From: Yuukianura sp. NJ FZ-2021
Lineage: Eukaryota
Assembly (NCBI GenBank): GCA_046563655.1
Contig: CM102285.1
Span: forward strand, 8,060,001-8,124,000
Length of the DNA stretch: 64,000 nucleotides
Direction of reading: 5' to 3'
The position numbers were made by a program, and so were the translations under genes. A model generated the notes under the pieces. The model was not told the DNA's origin. It did no database searches and worked only from the letters and a program-made list of their open reading frames with translations. Of the stretch, positions 40,592 to 50,800 are shown piece by piece (positions within the stretch are counted from its first letter, which is position 1; every line of letters starts with the position of its first letter).

Positions 40592-43024
40592 TTAAACGCT
40601 CGATTGTGTGTTCTGTGTGGATATTGTCTGCATGTCCAGCAGAACTTCCTGGAGTGATACCTTGAAATCACTGACGTTTGTTTCTGGACAAGCTTTGAAA
40701 GCTGACAGGCCAAAAGTCATTTCGTTGCTGGTTGGATTGTAGCAACAACCGTAGCCATCTGACACAAGCGGGCCGTAGCACATAAACGCTCCAGCGTACT
40801 TGGAAGCTACCTGTTTCAATAGACGAAGAAATAATATTAAGTTATAGTAATTAACGTAAGATAGTAATTATATTTTAAAAAAATAGTGAAGCATAAAAAA
40901 GGCATGAAATGGTCCATAGCTAACCTGACTCGTTGATAATCTGAAGTGTGTGGATCTTTTGAAACCAGTGTCAGAGAATAATTCTGGAAGAGGGATGTCA
41001 TTTTGCAGCGCTGTGAGCTTGAGTCCAAGGAGATGTCTATCTACTCCTTGCCCTCTTACTGCTTGTTCAGCGTAGCTTTTATGGGAAGTTATCGCTTGCT
41101 TCAGTCGCTCGTACTTTTCGGCCGAAGAGTGTTTAGAAGAATTCAGTGCCTCTGAAAATTCTAAAGCTTCTACTGAGCATGAGCGAATTGTTTCCGTTCT
41201 TCCGCCGATGTAAAGCCTAGTCGACGCAGACTCGTAGTGAGCGGCGGGAATTCCATGAATCCTATAAAATATTCACAACGTAAGAAGTATGGACGAGATA
41301 TTCTAGCTTTTCAGACAATGAAATAAAGTTTACCTATGAAAAGCAGACTGAATCGCCATTTGTATAAAGCTGTCCGGTGAAAACTTGAAGTTTTTAATTG
41401 AATTCTTTCCATAACGGTTGAAAGTAAAGCACGACATTTCCAGATTATCAATCAGCCTGCAAAAGAATTAATCAATTTTCCAGTGAGCACTTCCAATCCA
41501 ATACATAGTTATTATCAAATCCAGTGAAATCAATTAGAAATTACTTTCGAAGATTGCCCTTAGCTTCATCAATAACGCCCACAAAATTCTGAAGATTGAA
41601 ATCCATTTTTTGTGGCAGATACGTCGGATCTCCATCCTTGAAGTCTTTGAGTAGTTCTTCGTATGTAGTTTTGTTCTTGACAATGCTATCCATCAGGCTA
41701 ACTATTGGTGGACCCTCTGCCGGACTGTGTTCGTAAGTAAGCCCACATTCTCCTTTGGTCCCGATGTTGAATTGCAGTGTTTTGTCAAACCAGCGATTGC
41801 CACTGTTTGTTTCATTACCGTGGATCATCTGAAGGGAGGCAAGTGTCTGCCTTTGGCTGAAACTTAAATCTTCGACTGAATCCCTGGACGATGTTCTAGG
41901 ACTAATTTTGAATGGCTCATTTGGACTGTCAATTGATACAACGAATAAAGCTTGCTCGAGTTTCTGCAAGGACGCAGAATTGATTGGATCTTGCCTCAAA
42001 ACTTCTTGAATTTTGCCCCAAGTGTTGCGGTTTTCTGAGGTTAGAATGCCCAGTTGAATACCTTCCTTCAAAGTCTTAGAAAATTCCACAACGAATTTGA
42101 TCTGCTTTAGTAGCTCAGCAAGCGGTAGTACTTGGCCTGAACTGGAATACCCATCAACATTGAAGAAATGATTCTTGTGAGCAATGACATAGTGACGACT
42201 GTTGGGCGCAAACTTCAGTTGATCTCGAATGGGACCTGGAGTTCGGTTTGTCCCAAACAATTTGCCGTACTGGGACATATCCAAAGGGCTGTTTCCCATT
42301 TTGTCCAGCGGTATACTTTGTGTATCGATCATATTCTTGTAGGTAAGAGCACCGTAAACAACCTTCGCAGCATATCGTAGCTGCTCTTCCGTCGACTTAA
42401 AATCTTCAAGAGGAAAGACAAGGCCTGGACTGGAGTACACAACTACTGGATCTCGGTATTCAAGGTAGGCAGTTCCAAGCCACCAATCCGCCAACTGTAA
42501 TTCCATTAAGAAAGAGCGATTTTTATAATGACTACTGCAAGAAAACTCTTATCTTGTCAGATACATACCCAGTTTTCGTGTGTGGCGGCTCGTTGTTCTA
42601 GAAGCTTCTGCAATTTAGGTCCTACCCCGTTGTCATCCCCAAAGGCCTTGACACAATTGACTGTGTTCTCAAATTCAACATCGGATAGTAACGGTTTAAC
42701 AGACCTAGTAATTAGTATTGACTTTGACAGCTCATTTATAATTCACAGAACTTTATGTTTAGTTTGGATCATGTTCCTGAGATAAGAGATTCTGCCTAAC
42801 CTCAGGTACTTCACGAGCGTATCGCGCAAAGCAGGGACTGGTAGATGTGGCAACTTCCCTTCCACTGGCAACTTTTCCGTTGTCGCCTTCGAGCCAGCTC
42901 TGAGATTCGAAGCCGTGCAAATACCGGTGGAAGGACAACAACTGATCGGAAGTACTGTTGACACATTAACACCCCTGGTACGCCATGCTGTGCGGAGATG
43001 CTTGGTTAACGTTGGTCCAAACAT
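40592..43024 (-). CDS. CRAT: Carnitine O-acetyltransferase (choline/carnitine acyltransferase family), multi-exon
   Basis: LPHLPVPAL..TL.KYL, LADWWLGTAYLEYRDPVVVYSSPG, NRWFDKTLQF, catalytic YEHSPAEGPP, SPDSFIQMAIQ, HYESASTR, LSTSQV, YGPLVSDGYGCCYNP; mitochondrial-like presequence. Confidence 0.92.
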
Positions 43025-44670
43025 CGTAATTGTCCTCAGCAAAGGTCTTCCAATGTGTAGCTGTGATTTTGATATCAATGTCGTTAATAAGTTCCTAAAT
43101 AAACAGTACAACGCTTATACTTTGGCTTTCGGGATAATAACAAATAAACGAGTCAAATGACCTATGGTGTTTTATGATTGACTATTGCAAATAACAATAA
43201 TTAAGCTTACCAGCAGCTGAACCTGCGGAACTACCCACGTTGCATCTAACCCTTCCACTGTTCGAACGTTGATCGGAAGTTAATCGGAAGTTAATTGATT
43301 TAAAAACTAAATTTAAAAAAAAACGAATTCTTTTGATTTGGATTGGAATTGAAATTGAGGAAATAGAATGAATGAAGAATGAAGTTTGAATTTTCTTGTC
43401 CAGCTGTTCTACTTTAGGCGCGTCCTCGTTCAAAATTTATCTCGTGATTCCTGTAGCGTTAGTACTTTCTCTTTTTCTAACATTTCATACAACTTTCTGC
43501 ATTTCTCTCAAGATTCAACTTTTTGACATTTCTTTCAACTTTGTTTTCCTAATCGTTTACTTTTATTTCCATCCCCCGCCATTTTTGCTTTACTGCGCAA
43601 CAAAAATTTATGCTGCAGCATACTTGGGCTGAATCTTTTAGTCGTAACACCCGATGATTCCGTTTAGCAGCTACAGTTTTTCAAGCTAGCAAACTTAGGT
43701 TAGTTACAGTTACTTAACTAGTTGAAACTAGCTAAGTTACAAACTAACGAACTGTGCACAACTAAAGGGAAAGCGGAAGTCAAATCTCTGCGACAAATGA
43801 CAACTTGTTAACGTTTACAACTCTATTTTTACGATATGATGGCACAACACTTCAGCTGCCCAAAAACTTTCTTGTTTACATCGTGTCTACAACATTTCTT
43901 TTTACAATTCACTAATATAAATTGGGGCTAAACAAATATGTTCTTGAGATGCGAAGTTTACACTACACAAAAACAATCCAATGCTAACTGCTTTTTTGGA
44001 GAAGGTTTTATAAGCAATCGAAATCTAATGAATAGCTGCAGCTTACACATACACATGCAATTGTATTTTATGATTATATGTACTTAACCTACCTACATGT
44101 TACATATACTTTTACTTGATTAATTGATTTTGCTTGATAGCTTAAAAAGTACAATTCCTACATCATATATCTACCAATGCTCAGTTCTAGTTTTTCACTT
44201 GAAATTATAACTCCACGGTTGAGAATTTTGACGAATTTGTGCAATTATCTTAAGGTTTTAGATCAAACCCAAGGACAGGCGGAGGCTTTATGAAAATTCT
44301 TTGATTATTAGTAGGGAATGACAATGGGATAACGTAGGCAGGAATTCCAGTAATTTTCATTACTTGGAGAACATGACGAAAGAGGAAGGGAAAGTAAAAG
44401 TGAGCGAACGTGCCAAAAATTCGCTTAAACTGAAGAGCAATTCCGACGCTTTTGGTTCTGAAAAACTCTGAAGAGCTGCATTTTATTGAAGTCTGTTTTA
44501 CAGATACTTGGGGTTCCATAGATTCCGCCCTTAAATGTCTTCCCACTCATCCCCTTCCGCTTTAGTGCTTGTCCGGAATTTGCGGAGAGCACTTTATTGC
44601 TTAAGTCAACGTTAGTGCGACACAGAAGAAATACACTAGTAATGTAGAAAGGTGAGGTCAGGGGTTAACC

Positions 44671-47485
44671 ATGCTTAGGTTACTTCTGCGCGTGTCCTTG
44701 CTTTGGTCAGTAGTGACCGAAGGCGTGTTTCATTTACCCCTGGGGCGAGACTCTACCATCCATTGGGACATTGACTACGCTGCAAGTAAGTTTTACTCAA
44801 AACTTTGCGTTTTCGCTTTTGGTTGGTCAGAGAATGCGTTCAATTTTATGAAATTCAATGAAACTCAATTTCATACTGCCGTTTTTTCAGGAGAGCTAAT
44901 TGCTGAAGTTCACACAAACAATTTAGATCCGAACGGCGGCTGGGTTGGAATTGGATTTTCGGATTACGGCAATCTGTCCGATGGAACTGGAGATTTCTGT
45001 GTCCTTTGGAAAAGTCAGCTGAATCAAGCCAATAGAAACGGCAAATTTCAATTGTCAGACGTACATGTAGTCGGCGACCAGTTGACCTTGGATCCAGAAG
45101 AGCCTCAGGATTGTCGCCATTTCAAGTATTTGATGACTAACGGAACCCTGAAATGGACATTCCACCGAAAATTTGTCACATGCGATCCATCCGATTACGC
45201 CTTGGAGGTAAAGTTCAAATTTAATTTGCTTTGTCGATTGCAGCAGCGATCCCCCCCAACCCTTGTATTGCTTATGAACAGAACCATGTGTGGGTCGTGG
45301 GTGGATTGTTCAGAAGCAACTCGAAATTGCAAAAAATTTAAATTAGAAAGCAAAATCGTATTTTTAGGGAAGCCGGAAGGCAGAAAGTGGGAGTCGGTGG
45401 TGAAAGTTAATTTCTTTTTGGAATTACTTTTGTTTTTCTTTTAGGAAGGAACCACTCATCTGCATTGGATTAAGGGGAATGGACCCCTTTTTGACATCAA
45501 AGGCGTTTCAGTTAAGAAAGCAGCAGAAATTGGATTTGTGCGCGTGAGACTTCTCAAAAACTTAAACGCCGACCCCATCTTGGATCCACATGAAACATTC
45601 ACTTTGGATGTAATAACCTCAAAGGTCAAAGTTCCATCGACAGACACCACATACTGGTGTGCCATCATCAAATTACCAGAACGTATACGAATCAAGAAGC
45701 ATCATATCGTTCAGGTTAGCATGCTAACTTCAAGCATTTTCATCATAACGACCAAAAAGTAGCAAAGCATCGATCTTATCCCAACGCTAATCAGGATAAC
45801 CAATTCGCTAGAGTTGAAACCAAGCTAAAGATACAAACTTTGGCCTTCATCAATTTAGTAAACTTGCTGAATGTTCTTACATATCGATCATGAAATGCAA
45901 TTTTAGGTTTTTGAAATTATTTAGTTGTAAGAGGAATTCTTGAATCAAAATGATGTAAATTTTACTTTGTTAAACGAACATGTCTCGATAATTTCAGTTT
46001 GCTGTGAACGTGCAGAAAGGCAATGAAGAATTGGTCCACCACATGGAAGTTTTTCATTGCGCTGCACCAGCGTCCACTGAAATTCCGATGTACGCCGGTC
46101 CATGTACCGAATCACCTCCAGAAATCGGTTCTTGTAACCAAGTCATGGCTGCTTGGGCAATGGGAGCTGAGCCACTGCACTATCCGATTGAAACGGGCAT
46201 GCCCATTGGAGGATCCGACTTCAATCCTTATCTTCGGCTGGAGATTCACTACAACAATCCTTTGAAAAAAGCAGGTAAATGCAATCAAATAGTTCGAATC
46301 GAAGCATTCTCGAAAAACATCCAATTTTTTTTTCAAACTTATGTGTAGTTTTTCCAAAATTCCTACTTTTTCCAAAATTTTCTCCATAGATTGGGTGGAT
46401 TCCAGCGGAATGAAATTCTGGGTGACGTCGAAGTATCGCCCCAACGACGCAGGCGTGATTGAACTTGGCCTGGAGTACACTGACAAGAACTCCATACCGC
46501 CAAAGCACGAAGGCTTCATGCTAACTGGCGTTTGTAATACGGAATGCACTTCCGTCGGGCTGCCACCTTCCGGCATAATCGTTTTTGCATCTCAGCTCCA
46601 TACACACTTAACTGGCGTGCGCGTTGTCACGCGCCATTTTCGACGCAGAGATGCCATTTTCTATCGCCAAGAAGCTCTGCACAAGAATGCAACCAGCCCA
46701 GGTTCAGGTGAATTGGCGGGATTCATCGAACTGCCGACGTTCAATTGGGACAATCATTACTCCACTCATTTCCAGGAAATACGACTGCTCAAGAAACCAA
46801 TCAAAATTCTACCGGCAAGTATTGAATAGCATTGTAATTTGACTTAACCCAACCGCAGTTCACTTTAATTCAGACTTTCCATTGTAGGGTGATGTCCTCC
46901 TTACAACTTGTGTATACAAAACAATGGATCGCGACAAAATGACCATGGGAGGATTCGCAATCAGCGACGAAATGTGTGTGAACTACATCCACTACTACCC
47001 GCGTGCAAAATTGGAAGTTTGCAAAAGTTCCGTTTCTTGGCAGAGTCTCCGCGAGTATTTTGAATTTGAATCTAAGTAAGTGGTTAGTTCAATTTGATGT
47101 AATTCGCTGAAGTCTCTTTGTTACGTTTCAACTCATGCGCAAGTTTTATGTTTTTTGTCGCAGAATGGATGGTCAGAAGGGAGTCAGACCCTACGGTGCA
47201 GTTTCGGACAATTACAACAGCATTGATTGGACACCGTTTCGAGCTGGAATACTGGAAGACTTTTACAATGAGTCGCCAATTGACATGCAATGCAACCAAA
47301 GTGACGGAACGCGGTTTCCTGGAGCATGGGATCACATGACTGTGCCACGGTTTCCAGCGTTGGACCCAAAGGTCAACCCCAATTTGACCCCGGGTTGTCA
47401 GCAGTCTACAGAGGATGAACGAGCAACGAAACTGGAAGAACTGCTAAGCGTCGCTCGAAGAAGCAGCAGTGGTCTCCCAGCTTAA
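44671..47485 (+). CDS. Tbh: Tyramine beta-hydroxylase (DBH-family copper monooxygenase), multi-exon
   Basis: Signal peptide, DOMON domain (WVGIGFSDYG, RKFVTCD), TTYWC, Cu ligands VHHMEVFHC, LEIHYNNP, SQLHTHLTG, GGFAISDEMCVNYIHYYP; ELGLEYTDK and DNHYSTHFQEIR fit Tbh/DBH better than MOXD1. Confidence 0.92.
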
Positions 47486-47873
47486 AAAAATTGTTTTACT
47501 TTAGAAGCCACAAAATTTACAAAATTGAAAGTTTCAAGCAGCAGCCGAAGTGAAACTTCCAATTTTGAAATTTTTTGTGAACAAAAAAAAATGAAAGCAC
47601 AGACACGACGCTGTAATGGTGGTTTCGGTGATAATCTTGTGAAACGAATTGGTTTAATTGCACTTTAATTAAAAGGTGGTGATGATGAATTGGTGAAATT
47701 ATTGAAGAATATTCAAAATTTCAAAATTTTGAAATGTCATTTGGAAATTTGAAAACACTTTTCTTTTTACTTCTTTGAAATCATATAAGCCTATCTTGCT
47801 ACAAATCTTAAGGAACTGAACTTTTTGTGTGTGTATGTACTTCATTTTTTAGTTTTTACGTTTCGATGCAGTT

Positions 47874-50800
47874 TCATTTCCTGCTCGCCTTCCTTTTACT
47901 CGGTGGCTTATTATCTTCAGCAACTGGTGTAACTGGCTGACCTTTCGGATCTTGCGGAAGCTGAGTTTCTTCCGTTTCTGGCACAGCAGCCAATGGACTT
48001 TGTGCCAACTTCTTATTCAACCGAACTGAGCGGCCTCTTTTCCGCAAAACGGCAATGGGATCTGGACGAAGATTTGAAGCAACTAATTCCGAAAACGTTG
48101 TCGTTGTAGGTGCATCGCTGTCGCGTCGATTTTCAGAATCAGGCGCAGGACCGTCCTCTGCTGGCTCCTCCAGAGTCTCTGGTTCCGGAAATTCAAATGG
48201 GGCTTCAATTTCAATCTCTTGTTTCGAAAAACTGCCGGGCTTGATGTATTTAAGGTCGGTAGAACCTAAGGACTTGTAATGAGCAAAGTGGAACCGCTCG
48301 CCATCTCTGGTGATCAAAATATCTTGGTGCTGAAAATCTGGCGACATGAGGAGCAAAAATTTCTGAAAAAAACATTAATTGAAATTTTGAAAAAAAAATT
48401 AAAAGTGAATCGCTCACGTTACTAACTTACACTTAGTACACTTACCAACTTTTTTGACGCTGTGCCTTTGTACATGACAAATGTGTAGATTCCCATAGCC
48501 ACTACGACGATGGCCATGACGGCGACAACTGAAAGGCCAATGGCGGGAGACCATGACGGAAGACTAACTCGGCGGTATTTTGCAAACAATGTGAGTTTTG
48601 TTATTCCAAAAATGAACATGACCTGAAAACAGTCAATATATTAAAATATGATTTTTTTGGGAATATTTTTAGAACTGAAAACCTACAAGAATGAGAGGCG
48701 GAATAACAAATTTCCACCAAATGATGAAGTAAAATCCAACTTTCTTCCCTGTGCAGGAAATGTGGGCTTCATTAAGGAATTTTGCACCTAGAGGAAGAAA
48801 TTTCGCTTATTGCAGGATTTTTAATTTGGAAATATTAATGTTTTTTAATTCATTCATACTTTAGCTTATAGTTTCGCCGAAAAGCCTAATTTACTTGTTC
48901 TGTTGAACTTTCTGCGAGCTAGCGCCTTACCTACAACCCAAGCAAGCACGGTTACTTCCAGAAAAATTGCGAATGGTTGTGCAATATTGTCAATTGATAG
49001 TTGGTGAAGCGTTGTCCAAGCCGGTGACGCCTAGAACAATGCAATTAGCATGCAGTGATAAATTTTTTTCAGATCGGGTTCTTCGTATTCGTAGCAGGTC
49101 ATAACCGACAATCCAATAATCGACAATCCAAAAACCGACAATCAAATATCGACAATTTCTAAAATCGACAATCCCTTAACCGACAATCCTAAAATCGACA
49201 ATTTCAAAAATCGACAATTTCTAAAATCGACAATCCTTTAAGCGACAATCCTAAAATCGACAATTTCAAAAATCGACAATTTCTAAAATCGACAATCCTT
49301 TAAGCGACAATCCTAAAATCGACAATTTCAAAAATCGACAATTTCTAAAATCGACAATCGTTTAATCCAATCCATAGCAATACTGATTACGTCTGTATGT
49401 TCTATTGTCTAAGTCTGGTTATACTGACACACATGGTAATACGGACAAGTGTGTCTAGCTTAGCTTGCGGCACCGCGCCGAAGGCGCGGCGTTAGGTTTG
49501 GTAAAGCACGCAACAGTGATTACGTCTGTATAGGTTCTATTGTCTAAGTCTTGCTTGGGCCACATGCGAATCAGTGCTACACCCCAACAGTTCAATTTTG
49601 CCGATTTTGGAATTGTCGATTTTTGAAATTGTCGATTTTAGGATTGTCGGTTAATGCGTTGCCGATTTTTGGAATTGTCGATTTTTGAAATTGTCGATAA
49701 CAGGATTGTCGCTTAAAGGATTGTCGATTTTAGAAATTGTCGATTTTTGATTGTCGATTTTTGGATTGTCGATTATTGGATTGTCGGTTATGACCTGGAA
49801 CCCTTCGTATTATCACAAAAATGCTCTGTACATAGAATTTTATAGAAAGTTGTGTCAGTTACATTGGAGATCAAAGGCAGGTTGAGTGCATAGGAAACGA
49901 TGGTGAAAGCCAGCAGTGCAGAAAATTTGTAAAGGCGTTTTGCAAACAAGATGTGACCAAATACTTCAGCGAAACAAAGACGAAGATTTACCAGACGTAC
50001 AATCTGAAATAACAGATCAACATTATTCTGATGTGAAAAAATGTGAAAAAGTTCATATCATGTCAGAGGTCAATCCTTACAGTTCCCGAGATTGAAGTAC
50101 AAAAAATGACGGTGAAGATGGCCATGAAGTAGAAATGTGTTGGAAAGCTGAGGTCGTAAGGCAATGTAATTGGAATATACTCGAACACAAACTCCGGATC
50201 TAAAACATGCTACAATTTTCAATTGAATCTGTGATTTGCAAATAACATAGCAAAATGTATTACGAATTTGAACTAGTTTTTTGATGTTTCTGCTCATCAC
50301 TTTAGCCGCGAATCCGAACAGTGAGAATGTGATCATAGTGGAAAAAACGCCATAAACGAAGCTCACGCCAATCGGAATCATCACATTCCTTTCACACACA
50401 AAAAAGCGAACTTTTAAAATAAATGGAAAAAGTTGTGTTTAAAATTAAATTTCAGTTGATTTACACCAATATTGGAGTTGAAAATGGGTTGTAACTGGCT
50501 TGTGACAGATGAATTCCTAGACCAACGCCGCAAGTCGTGCAGACAAGGCGAGCAGCATCGAGCCAGGCCTGGGAAACAAAGTTTTCAAAAATTACATATT
50601 TTAACCATAATCGTTTTAATCGTAGTATGTTAAACTAGGTTTCGTCGCACATATCTTTACTGCTTGTGCAGACTTACGTCGAGGTTGCGCATTTGGCTCC
50701 AATCTGGTTTAAGAAAATGATTGACACCATCGGATCCACCGGGTAGTGATGCTGTCCGAATCAGCAGCAACCAAATGTACGACGAAGATATACCAAACAG

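Noticed and set aside
49095..49800. Regular short repeats resembling a CRISPR array
   Set aside because: Units are contiguous without unique spacers, inverted between arms, flanked by a TSD, in a eukaryotic intron with no cas genes.
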